A stretch of 64,000 nucleotides of DNA from an uncultured Candidatus Peribacteria bacterium. Lineage in GTDB: Bacteria; Patescibacteriota; Gracilibacteria; UBA4473. Below are positions 52,249 through 61,535 of the stretch, piece by piece (the stretch's first letter is position 1; each line of letters begins with the position of its first letter). Position numbers and translations under genes: made by a program. Under the pieces are notes generated by a model. That model saw only the letters and a program-made list of their open reading frames with translations. It had not been told where the DNA came from and made no database searches. The stretch spans positions 1,375 through 65,374 of the forward strand of contig CAZOER010000003.1 in the NCBI GenBank assembly GCA_964578905.1. Direction: 5' to 3'.

Positions 52249-54045
52249 ATGAAAAATCTAAATATGTTCGGTTCCGGCGATTCATGGGGACGTTTCCTCT
52301 ACCAGCAATATTCACCAGGAAATAGGGTGACAGCAGATGGTGAACAAGAAAGCGATAAAATCACTATTGCAGAAGGAACTGGAAATATTGGAGAAGGGGA
52401 ATGCGACAACAAACGAGAAGTTGCAACTCCATGGGACACACCAAGTCAAAACAAGCTATTGAATGCCTTAGCGACAGAAATTCAAAAAGGAGGAAATGTT
52501 GAAGCGATTATCGCGAAAGCGGGAAATACACTTGGACAGATTGCCTTTGGAATGAAGAAAGCAGGGAAAGGAGCTGATATTGGATGGGGAACAAAGGTTC
52601 AGTATTTTGATGCAGAACTCAATCCACAAGGAGAACCAATGGCATTGGCAGAAGCGAATGCATTGAAACCTGAATGGAAAGTTCTTTTTAAAGAAGCAGA
52701 AGTGGATGGAAAGACGGTTACCAAAATTGAAGTAATTATGGATACCGAAACTACAGAAGCTCAACTTGATGCTTTGCGAAATAAAGTTACCAAGAATATT
52801 GAGTGTGATGAAAAGGGAAAACCTATTGTTACAGAGGATGAAGAAGATGAAGAGGTTATCACTGAAGATGAAGAGCCAGTTGTAGAAGACGAACTGGTTG
52901 AGGAAGAAGAAACAGAAGATGAAGAAGTGGTAGATATTTCAAATGTAGAAACAGCGGAGGATCTTGAAGCTCTTCCAGAAGATGTGAAAAATAAAATTCT
53001 AGATTCTTTCTGGAAACAGCTAAAGGATGATCTCACAGTAAAAAATAAGCTAAACACAGATCGTTCAAGGGCTTTATACGATAGAGGTGACGCAGAACCA
53101 ATGTTTGTTCTAAAAGAGAATGGAAAATTGAAAGTTCGTCGTCAAAAAGGTCATTTTTTCCCTGGAGGGAAGAAATTGGTTGATTTCTTTAAAAAGGAAG
53201 AAGCAGTTGATGTAGAGATTCCTTTGAACGAATGGTTAACAGCTCAAGGATTTGAAAACTTACCTGTAGGTGAATTTTCAAAATTCCTAAACACAGTGCC
53301 AAGTATGAAATATATTCAGCTTAAGGCACAGGAGTTGGATTTTGTTGGAAGCATGGAGGAAGAAGCGCTAGAGAAACCAATTATGGAATCAATTCCTTCA
53401 GAGACAGTGGTGACAGAGCAGACTTCGGAAAATATTGTTGGACCAGATGTAACAGGAGAGGATCTTGGTAATGACCAAATCCCAGTTATACCAGTAACAA
53501 CTACAGAAGCCGTTAGCACTGATGAAGAAGATTCAGAATTAAACATCGGTAACGATGAAATCCCAGCAATAGAAGCAGCAACAGTAGTAAAACAGTCAGT
53601 AATTGTGGAAAAAGCAGACGGGAAAGAATATCAGGCATTTGATTTGCCAGAAATTCACGAAAATTACACAGAACAAGATAAAAAAGAAATCGAACAATTT
53701 AATGCAGAATTTAAGGCATGGATTGAAAATGACATACGAGAATTAAAAGATAAAGAGGAGGAATTAGCTGAGACTGAAGAAATACTTCGTAAAGCAGAAG
53801 CGGATTATGAAGAAGCAAAAAAGACGGGTGACCGTTTTGAGATATTTAGCGCAGAACCGGATATGGAAAGATTTCAACGTGACTCTGCAGAAGACATGAA
53901 AAAGTTTTTTGCCAATAGTCTAAAAGATCAAATAAAAATGTATGAAGGATTCAAAAAGAATGTACGAAGAGGGAATTTAGGAACTTTGATGATAAATCAT
54001 CACACGTATACATTTATGAAGAATGCGAAAAAAGTAGAAAAATAA
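52249..54045 (+). CDS. Highly acidic protein without signal peptide, unknown function
   Basis: ATG at 52249 (MKNLNMFGSG). Poly-acidic tract TEDEEDEEVITEDEEPVVEDELVEEEETEDEEVV. C-terminal coiled coil. Confidence 0.65.
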   Translation: MKNLNMFGSGDSWGRFLYQQYSPGNRVTADGEQESDKITIAEGTGNIGEGECDNKREVATPWDTPSQNKLLNALATEIQKGGNVEAIIAKAGNTLGQIAFGMKKAGKGADIGWGTKVQYFDAELNPQGEPMALAEANALKPEWKVLFKEAEVDGKTVTKIEVIMDTETTEAQLDALRNKVTKNIECDEKGKPIVTEDEEDEEVITEDEEPVVEDELVEEEETEDEEVVDISNVETAEDLEALPEDVKNKILDSFWKQLKDDLTVKNKLNTDRSRALYDRGDAEPMFVLKENGKLKVRRQKGHFFPGGKKLVDFFKKEEAVDVEIPLNEWLTAQGFENLPVGEFSKFLNTVPSMKYIQLKAQELDFVGSMEEEALEKPIMESIPSETVVTEQTSENIVGPDVTGEDLGNDQIPVIPVTTTEAVSTDEEDSELNIGNDEIPAIEAATVVKQSVIVEKADGKEYQAFDLPEIHENYTEQDKKEIEQFNAEFKAWIENDIRELKDKEEELAETEEILRKAEADYEEAKKTGDRFEIFSAEPDMERFQRDSAEDMKKFFANSLKDQIKMYEGFKKNVRRGNLGTLMINHHTYTFMKNAKKVEK

Positions 54046-54066
54046 AAGGCTACTCCTAATGGATTA

Positions 54067-54098
54067 AACAACCCTCGTGAGAACGGGGGTTGTTTTGT
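54067..54098 (+). terminator. Intrinsic terminator
   Basis: AACAACCCTCG-tgagaa-CGGGGGTTGTT followed by TTGT. Confidence 0.6.
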
Positions 54099-54120
54099 AT
54101 GTATTTTTTCTTCAAAAGAC

Positions 54121-54149
54121 TTGACAATGTTTTGTAAATAGTTTAAAAC
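54121..54149 (+). promoter_or_regulatory. Sigma70-like promoter abutting the start codon (leaderless candidate)
   Basis: TTGACA, 17-nt spacer, TAAAAC ending 4 nt before ATG 54154. Confidence 0.4.
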
Positions 54150-54153
54150 AGGC

Positions 54154-55869
54154 ATGAAGAATCTTAATTCTCAAAAAATGGTATTCGATATCGACCAGAA
54201 TCAACACTTAGACGTGGACGTTCCTCGTGATCCAATGGAAAACGTTGTTCCAAAAGATATGAATAAAAACGTAGACGAAACCTCTGACAATGTCGGAAGC
54301 ACTATTAGATTTGATAAAGCACTCGCTGAGACTGTTTATGGAACAGACACTTTTGACTCGGGAATGGAACCAGCTCTAGACACTGATTCCTTAGCGGTGA
54401 GTCAACAATTAAGAGGTATGTATACAAAAGCAGCTGAATTGAAAATGAAAATAGGACAAGAGTTTAAAAACGTAGAAACGGAACAGAATGGAAAGTTTCA
54501 CCTCCATGCATTACTTGCAGAACAAGGACGTCACTTTACAGACATTGAATGGTTCCTAGAAACCGCTTTAGAGGGACTCGATGAAGAGAGTGGTCTCTTT
54601 CAATATTGTACATTGCATCTTTCGAATATGAAGACAGCAATACAAACAAATGAAGGACAACAGAGATGGGTAAGAACAGCTATTGCAGAGAGTGCGAATG
54701 GTTCTATTGAAACGATGAATGAAGATATAGACCAAAGAGAACTTGAGGGAAACGATGCTCAAAATGCAGCGGAAATTGCTGCAGAAGAAGCGAGAAAAAA
54801 CCTTTCTGATAATCCAGAAAAACTAGAACGAGAATTGGATGATATTCAGAAAAAATATGGACCCATTGTTGAAAAGTACCAAGAAGAAACAAAAATCTTG
54901 AGAAATATTATGACGGCAATGGAAATGATTAACGATCCAGTTCTTGTGAATGCCGATCGAGGATCTCTTACCGTTGAGGATTTAGAAGGCTCATTCGGAG
55001 ACAAATACCGAGCAGCACTGGAATACGTAAATAGTGTGCGAATGGTTGATAGAGAGGGGGACATTGAAAACATTTCCCTATTCCTCGATATTGAGAAACG
55101 AGTAAAAGTCCTTCACGCGCTTGAAGAATACAAGATAGTGTTAACAGACCTTGTTGATACAGATGAATCAGAAGAATTGGAAAAAGTACGAAGTGCAAAA
55201 AATGCAGCATTTAATGTTGGAGCCACAGAGAGAGAAGTGCAAACTGTTGAACAAAACCTCGGAAAAGATTTCAAAGATTTAGATATGACTATTGGAGCGA
55301 GGGAAGTTTTAGAAGAAACAACAAAAGAAATGCTGATTACTTTACCATCAGCAAAAGAACTCACAGATTTGAACTATGGAGGTTTTATTACTGATATTAA
55401 TACGGTCTATAACAATGTTATGAACTATGAAGATTTGGTAAAAGAATTCCTAACACAAGAAGAAATAAATAAAGCGAAGGATCTTTACCTCAAAGTAGAG
55501 AAGTTAGAAGATTTCCAAAAAGTATTTATGGCCTTTCAAACAATTGATCCAAACCTCAAGAAAGATTGGCGTAACTCTAAGATGATAAAAGTACGAAAAT
55601 CTATTTCAAGAGAAAGCTTCACAGAAATGTTTGCAGACTATGAAGGGTTTATTAAGAAACTCACAATCGTGAGTCAGAAATATTACGGAGAAGGGGCACT
55701 TGAATCCCTCATGCAAGAATTAAATATTCTTGATGAATTTCAAGAAGAACTAGAAGCCGCTAATCCGGAGTACACAGACATGATTGAGATTGCGAAGAAA
55801 GTACTCGAAAAACGAGCAACACTCTTGCCACAAGTAGTGGCTACTGAAAAAGCACTTGAGCTTCAATAA
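54154..55869 (+). CDS. Acidic coiled-coil protein without signal peptide, unknown function
   Basis: 571-aa E/D/K-rich ORF with no recognisable motif. Confidence 0.65.
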   Translation: MKNLNSQKMVFDIDQNQHLDVDVPRDPMENVVPKDMNKNVDETSDNVGSTIRFDKALAETVYGTDTFDSGMEPALDTDSLAVSQQLRGMYTKAAELKMKIGQEFKNVETEQNGKFHLHALLAEQGRHFTDIEWFLETALEGLDEESGLFQYCTLHLSNMKTAIQTNEGQQRWVRTAIAESANGSIETMNEDIDQRELEGNDAQNAAEIAAEEARKNLSDNPEKLERELDDIQKKYGPIVEKYQEETKILRNIMTAMEMINDPVLVNADRGSLTVEDLEGSFGDKYRAALEYVNSVRMVDREGDIENISLFLDIEKRVKVLHALEEYKIVLTDLVDTDESEELEKVRSAKNAAFNVGATEREVQTVEQNLGKDFKDLDMTIGAREVLEETTKEMLITLPSAKELTDLNYGGFITDINTVYNNVMNYEDLVKEFLTQEEINKAKDLYLKVEKLEDFQKVFMAFQTIDPNLKKDWRNSKMIKVRKSISRESFTEMFADYEGFIKKLTIVSQKYYGEGALESLMQELNILDEFQEELEAANPEYTDMIEIAKKVLEKRATLLPQVVATEKALELQ

Positions 55870-55890
55870 TATCTCCTAACAACGAATCAG

Positions 55891-55916
55891 GACCTTTCAA
55901 TTGGAGGGTCTTTTTT
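55891..55916 (+). terminator. Intrinsic terminator
   Basis: GACCTT-tcaattgg-AGGGTC followed by T6. Confidence 0.6.
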
Positions 55917-55958
55917 CATATAAAAAAAAGCGTGCTTCGATGAGCTGTGTTTTTGTAA

Positions 55959-57227
55959 TTACTCTACTTCTACGAGCTTTTTCGTTTTACTATCAAGAAA
56001 GGATTGAGTGATTTCACCAATTTCTTTAGCAACATTGATAATGTCTTCGTGGAGACTCAAAATTGATTCAGTATTTTCGACGTCTTCTTCATTTGGTCTG
56101 TCGATTTCTTGAATGCCTTTTTCTAGGTTTTCCTTTTCATATAGCTTTTCCCCAAGTTGACACAATTTTTGAAAATCATCATTAGAAGCATGATTGAGTG
56201 GAATATCTTTTTTCTTAAGATCTTGGAAGAACCCCTCTGAAAATTCAAGAGTATTCGTTGTTGAATTTTCATCAAAGATGAAATTTCCTATACGAAAGGA
56301 ATCCTTGTTTTGTTCAAGTAATTTTGGTTTCGGAAGAGTGAACTTAAACGTCGATCCTTTTCCTTCTTCTGATTCTACCCATATTTTTCCGCCCATTCTT
56401 TCTACAAATTTTTGACAAAGCAAAAGTCCAAGACCTGTTCCACCTTCATTTTCAGTTCCCTTTGTAGAATCTACTGTTTTCCCTTGGAATAAATTAGAAA
56501 CTTGTTCCTTTGTCATTCCAACGCCTTCATCTTTCACAGAAACTTCAACGACGTCTGTATCAGATGTATCGACTACAGAGAGTGTTATTCTTTTTCCTTT
56601 CGGGGTGAACTTGATAGCATTACTTATCAAGTTTTTTAATATTACATTTACTAATTTGGGATCAGCAAATACATTCGTATGTTTTGGAATATTAGAAGTA
56701 AAGAAGATTTCTTTTCGGTCTGCTTGTTCTTTTACAATCTGAGATTCGTTTTCGCTTCCATTTTCACCCATTTGAGAAAGATCGCTATTTTTTGGAAGGC
56801 ATGGTATTTCTCCATTTTTTGGTCTTAGAAGTAACAAATTCTCAAGGAGCTGATAGGTGTTGTTTCCAGCTGTATTGATCCCAATTGCCATATCTTTAAT
56901 TTCGTCTAAGGAAAACTCTTCAAGCTGAGTTGCGAGTAGATCAGAAAAGCCCAAAATAGCGTTAAAAGGTGCTTTAAGATCATGGGCCACAAGACTCACA
57001 AAATCACCAGACTCATCTTTCTCTTTTAGTGCTTTTTCTAATTGAGCTTTTAAATCACTATTTTCTTGTATCAATTCTTTCTTAGAAAGTTTTCCACCTC
57101 TTAATGCATTCAATATTTTTCCATTAAAAATTTTCTTCAAACTGAATTCTTTTATTTCATCAGTTTCAGAAAGAAAAAATTGATCTATTTTTTCGTCGTT
57201 CTTCGGCTTTTTAGTATCATCTTCCAT
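55959..57227 (-). CDS. Soluble orphan histidine kinase (HisKA + HATPase_c) with about 125-aa C-terminal extension
   Basis: H-box LVAHDLKAPFNAILGFSDLL, N-box LISNAIKFT, G-box GGTGLGLLLCQ. No TM segment or sensor domain. No response regulator nearby. Confidence 0.8.
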   Translation of the reverse strand: MEDDTKKPKNDEKIDQFFLSETDEIKEFSLKKIFNGKILNALRGGKLSKKELIQENSDLKAQLEKALKEKDESGDFVSLVAHDLKAPFNAILGFSDLLATQLEEFSLDEIKDMAIGINTAGNNTYQLLENLLLLRPKNGEIPCLPKNSDLSQMGENGSENESQIVKEQADRKEIFFTSNIPKHTNVFADPKLVNVILKNLISNAIKFTPKGKRITLSVVDTSDTDVVEVSVKDEGVGMTKEQVSNLFQGKTVDSTKGTENEGGTGLGLLLCQKFVERMGGKIWVESEEGKGSTFKFTLPKPKLLEQNKDSFRIGNFIFDENSTTNTLEFSEGFFQDLKKKDIPLNHASNDDFQKLCQLGEKLYEKENLEKGIQEIDRPNEEDVENTESILSLHEDIINVAKEIGEITQSFLDSKTKKLVEVE

Positions 57228-57280
57228 CTTGTCTATTATATAGATTTATCGAATATTGTCAAGCACCTTTTTCCTTTCTA

Positions 57281-58486
57281 TCAGATTCTTCCGCGTCCCA
57301 AAACGAGTTTTAGAATATGCTTCAAATCTTCTTTCAAATCCGCAGGCAATTCTTGTGTTTTTTCTTTCCCAAAAAGAATCTTGTACACGTGTTTATGCAG
57401 TGAAAGTCTGTTCGCAGGCATACCTCGTCCATACTCAATATTTTTCTTCGCAAAAGCGAGAACATCTTCAAAATAAGCGAATAAGATTTCGTATTTCTTT
57501 GAAATAGAAAGGTGCGGTTCGTAAATTTCCAGTGGCATTCCGCCAATACCATTAAGTTCGATGATTTTCACTTTTCCTTGGAGAAGGTCTTCCACGCTGT
57601 CTGATCGGAGATCAAATCTTCCCACAAAAACACCGTCTTTTTCGGCGATCATTTTACCAATAAGATCAGAGAGTTTTTTTCGACTCGCCTTTGGAATACT
57701 TATTTTCTTAAATTTCGTTCCATAACTAATACTTGCGGTTCGCACAATTGTGATTTCGGCTCCTTTGTAGGGGATTGATTTTTGTTCTTGTTCAGAAAAG
57801 CCAGATAGTATTTTTTCTGTTTTTTCTGGAGCAACTTTCATGGATGCACATTTGTTCTCAACAAGAGATATGAGTGCCTGTTTTCCGTTACCAACAACAA
57901 AAGGAATCTGCTTCTCTACAAGCGAAACGATGGTGTATTCCTCGGATTCTGGATCTTGTATCCACGATAAGCCAAACTCACGTTTCGTATCGCAAAAGGC
58001 TTCCAAGATAAAATTTGGTCGCGCTGTTTTGAGATATACTTGCAGTTGTTCGTCACAGTAAATAAACGTTACCCCAGTCGCGCGTTCCCCAATATCGGGT
58101 TTACAAATAAGAGGATAAGGAAGTGTTCTTTTGTATTTTTCTTCGAAGGCTTTGAGAACTTGTGTCGTGGTAGATACTTTTTTAAAAAATAAATTATCAG
58201 GACGAAAGTTATCGTTCAGTCGGTCATTGATGCTTTTCTTTGAAACCCCAGTCAGCCCAGAAAAACCATCCATTCCAGGATTCACAGCATTGAGGAGATG
58301 AAGGTGCCAAAAGTGTTTCACAATCAGCGGTAAGAATTGAACAACCCATGGAGCCTTTTCCCAACAGTCTCCATATTTCTCATGAATTATGTTCTTCACA
58401 GCAATGATATATCGCTTCACTCGGCGTTCACGCCATGATTCATTTGCGTCCTTTATATTTCGAAACTCTTCTTTAAGTGTGTCCAT
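57281..58486 (-). CDS. ATP-grasp-fold enzyme, substrate unknown
   Basis: PLICKPDIGERATGVTF, GRFDLRSD...KIIELNGIGG (E-x-N). Confidence 0.55.
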   Translation of the reverse strand: MDTLKEEFRNIKDANESWRERRVKRYIIAVKNIIHEKYGDCWEKAPWVVQFLPLIVKHFWHLHLLNAVNPGMDGFSGLTGVSKKSINDRLNDNFRPDNLFFKKVSTTTQVLKAFEEKYKRTLPYPLICKPDIGERATGVTFIYCDEQLQVYLKTARPNFILEAFCDTKREFGLSWIQDPESEEYTIVSLVEKQIPFVVGNGKQALISLVENKCASMKVAPEKTEKILSGFSEQEQKSIPYKGAEITIVRTASISYGTKFKKISIPKASRKKLSDLIGKMIAEKDGVFVGRFDLRSDSVEDLLQGKVKIIELNGIGGMPLEIYEPHLSISKKYEILFAYFEDVLAFAKKNIEYGRGMPANRLSLHKHVYKILFGKEKTQELPADLKEDLKHILKLVLGRGRI

Positions 58487-58598
58487 ATTTGTTTAAGTAT
58501 TCTCCAAGGAAATTCTGAAAAATCAAGAAAATGAATTTTTACGAGAGATAATAATTTGAAAAAAACAAACCCACAGAGTACCATTAAAAAAAATCCCC

Positions 58599-59117
58599 AT
58601 GAAACCTGTATTAAAAATGGCTGCGGTTCTCGTTCTTTTTGTTGGAGCGACATATGTTATTCCCTTTGAACAAGCGGAAAATTTCCTTGCGGCGAACTTC
58701 TTTAGTACCGAAGCAGAACTACCGAGAGCGGTTCCTGTTGCGAGAGTTGCAAAGACTGTTGTCCCTCAAAAAGATGTATTTGTAGATGGTATGGATGAGT
58801 TTGTTTTAAAAACTGATCAGAAGGGATCAGAAAATTACATCCTTCCACAAAACACCTGTCGAAATGGAATGCGATTGGTGATTCGATCAGTAATAGAGAG
58901 GTTGAATATGTCAGCAGATATTCACGTGTTTGGATACGCGCCAAAACAAAGTCATGAAACGTACAACAAAGTGATTACGGTAACGAAAGAAGACCCAACA
59001 AAGATACTCCATCTTCCAAGCGAATTGATATATAACGACGACACCATCTTCCCAGAGTATCAGCTTACTCGAAGTAAAAACTCAGACTTTTTGAGATATG
59101 ATGTGATGTGCTATTAG
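58599..59117 (+). CDS. Secreted or anchored protein, unknown function
   Basis: N-terminal MKPVLKMAAVLVLFVGATYV. Confidence 0.5.
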   Translation: MKPVLKMAAVLVLFVGATYVIPFEQAENFLAANFFSTEAELPRAVPVARVAKTVVPQKDVFVDGMDEFVLKTDQKGSENYILPQNTCRNGMRLVIRSVIERLNMSADIHVFGYAPKQSHETYNKVITVTKEDPTKILHLPSELIYNDDTIFPEYQLTRSKNSDFLRYDVMCY

Positions 59118-59164
59118 TACGTGATCCCCTTGCAAAAAGGTGAATTTTTAGCACACTGACTCCT

Positions 59165-60460
59165 GTGAAACGAATACTTACTTCAGGCGGAGCATTGCTT
59201 ATGGGATCGGCGTTAGCGTCGAAGTTCCTTGGGTTTTTGCGTGATCGATTTTTGGTCGATTTTTTTGGAGGGAGTGAAAAGATAGATTTCGTGTTTGCGG
59301 CATTTCGTATTCCTGATTTCTTTTTCTTCTTGCTTGTCGGGGGAACAGTGGCAACGTTATTCCTCCCGCGCGCTGCAGATTTGAAAGGCAAAGAACGCAT
59401 GCAATTTTTCTCGAGTTTTCTCTGGGGAGTGGTACTTCTCTTTGGTCTGCTCTGTGGACTGGGAGCGATATTCCCAGAATTCTTTGTAAGTATCTTCGTC
59501 TCAGGATTTGATGTTTTAGCGCGATCGGAAATTGCAGAATTGGCTCAACTTCTCTTCGGTTCCGTCTTCTTGCTTGCGATCTCATCAGTCTTCTCGGCAT
59601 CCATGCAATTGAAGGAGCGATTCCTTTCGGTTGCCATGGCACCGATTCTCTACACGGGAGCGATTGCAGTGGGAATATACTTTTTCGCAGGGAATTATGG
59701 ACTCGTGTCGGTTGGATTTGCTGCCATTGCGGGGGCACTTCTTCACCTTCTTACGAATGCTATCGCATTCTTTTTTATTGGAAATAAGATTGGATTCTAT
59801 TGGAAAAAACCAGTCAAAAGTTGGGAACGATTCGGAGGAGATTTTTCTGCTCGTCTTGCCACCAGTGCGGCATTTCAGATTAGCCAATCGGCGGATGTGT
59901 GGATTGCGAGTTTCTTGATGATGGGGACAGTAGGAGCGTTTTCTATCGGAGCAAACTGGGGACACGTCCTCTTGTCTATCGTCGGAATGCCACTCGCGAA
60001 TGCAGCCTTTCCGAAATTCTCAAAACAAAAAAACAATTTCCCGGCGCAAAAAAAAATTCTTACTGATACGTTGAAGTGGATATTTCTTGCCACGATTCCA
60101 ACGGCGCTCATTGGAGTTTTCTTTGCCTCTGACATTCTTGAAATACTCTTCAATCTCTCTGGAACAATGCTTCATAACACCGCTTTGGTGTTTGCGTGGA
60201 TTATCGCATCATTGCCGTTGGCGTGTACGATTCCGGTGTTGGCACGGGTTTTCTTTGCCAACGATGATGTGCGCACACCGATGAAAATTTGGATTGTTTC
60301 ACTTTCGATAGGAACGGCAACAGCGGCCATATTAGCCCTTCAAATTTTCCCTCCAGAAAAAGCCATTCTTGGACTTGCGCTTGGAACGTTTGTCACGAAT
60401 ACTTTGTCGGCAGTACTCTTTGCGATAGCGACCTGGAAAAGGTATTTTAAAACCGCATGA
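59165..60460 (+). CDS. murJ: Lipid II flippase MurJ (MviN family)
   Basis: GTG start. ASKFLGFLRDRFLVDFFG, about 12 TM helices. Confidence 0.8.
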   Translation: MKRILTSGGALLMGSALASKFLGFLRDRFLVDFFGGSEKIDFVFAAFRIPDFFFFLLVGGTVATLFLPRAADLKGKERMQFFSSFLWGVVLLFGLLCGLGAIFPEFFVSIFVSGFDVLARSEIAELAQLLFGSVFLLAISSVFSASMQLKERFLSVAMAPILYTGAIAVGIYFFAGNYGLVSVGFAAIAGALLHLLTNAIAFFFIGNKIGFYWKKPVKSWERFGGDFSARLATSAAFQISQSADVWIASFLMMGTVGAFSIGANWGHVLLSIVGMPLANAAFPKFSKQKNNFPAQKKILTDTLKWIFLATIPTALIGVFFASDILEILFNLSGTMLHNTALVFAWIIASLPLACTIPVLARVFFANDDVRTPMKIWIVSLSIGTATAAILALQIFPPEKAILGLALGTFVTNTLSAVLFAIATWKRYFKTA

Positions 60461-61341
60461 CAAAATCTACGTTTACCGTTACTCAGGATGAATCAGGAAC
60501 ACGAATAGACGTGCTCTGCGCTCAGAAGTTTCCCGATATTTCTCGAACACGATGGCAGAAGCAGGGAATGTTTTTTTGTAATGGGCAGAAGAAAAAAAAC
60601 AATGTAAAAGTTCACATCGATCAACAGTGGAGTGTGGAATGCCAAGCGGAAACAATGATTTCTACGAGTGAAATCGAACCATGGGATTTTCCTCTCAAGA
60701 TTCTTGCAGACTCAAAGAGTTGGATGGTTGTCGAGAAACCAGAAGGAATATCTATTCATCCCTCACCGAGCGATCAATCCGGGCACACAATTGTAAATGC
60801 ACTTGTGCATCAATTTGGAAAAAAGTTGTCCTCTGTGGACGAAGACGTACCTCGTCCAGGGATTGTTCATCGATTGGACAAGGTGACCTCAGGAGCACTT
60901 CTTGTTGCCAAAACGAACGCTACCCACAAACACCTCCAAGAGCATTGGACAGAGGTGATAAAGACCTATTTCGCAGTTGTGACGGGAACACCACCATTGA
61001 GGGGAAAAATTGAAGGAGGGATTTTGCGCGATACGAAGGATCGAAAGAAGATGGCCATTTCATCGTCTGAGAAATCAAAATCAGCGGTGACATTTTTTGA
61101 AGTACTCGAAACAAAAGATAGTCAGTCTTTGCTCAAAATAAACATTCCTACGGGACGAACACACCAGATACGCGTTCACCTGTCTTCGATCGGATTCCCG
61201 ATTGTGGGGGACACGAAGTACAACGGAAAACCATTTGAAAGAGTTCTGCTTCATGCAGGAAAACTCGAATTTCCAAATCCCGATAAGAAAGGGGAGATGA
61301 TAGCGGTTGAGTCGGGAGTACCAAAGGTGATTAAGGCTTGA
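60457..61341 (+). CDS. RluA/RluD-family pseudouridine synthase
   Basis: GIVHRLDKVTSGALLVAKT, GRTHQIRVHL. ATGA overlap with murJ. Confidence 0.85.
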   Translation: MTKSTFTVTQDESGTRIDVLCAQKFPDISRTRWQKQGMFFCNGQKKKNNVKVHIDQQWSVECQAETMISTSEIEPWDFPLKILADSKSWMVVEKPEGISIHPSPSDQSGHTIVNALVHQFGKKLSSVDEDVPRPGIVHRLDKVTSGALLVAKTNATHKHLQEHWTEVIKTYFAVVTGTPPLRGKIEGGILRDTKDRKKMAISSSEKSKSAVTFFEVLETKDSQSLLKINIPTGRTHQIRVHLSSIGFPIVGDTKYNGKPFERVLLHAGKLEFPNPDKKGEMIAVESGVPKVIKA

Positions 61342-61535
61342 CTTTTTATCAAATATGTTATACAAATAGAGAGTTCTCTCTTGCCATCTGAGCAATTGAG
61401 ACGAGATCTTTGAAATTTCGGAGAATGACAGTGGTGAGATGCCTTTGGGCATTTCTTGTTTGAGGTACTTAGAGGAGTCTCACTACTGACAATAAAAACG
61501 CATTATTTACGAAATCAAAATTAAAAATTTACGAT

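Noticed and set aside
59199-59965. Antisense ORFs 59199..59738 and 59585..59965
   Set aside because: They lie opposite murJ, which is a 12-TM protein with an N-terminal motif. They are Arg/Pro-rich shadow frames.
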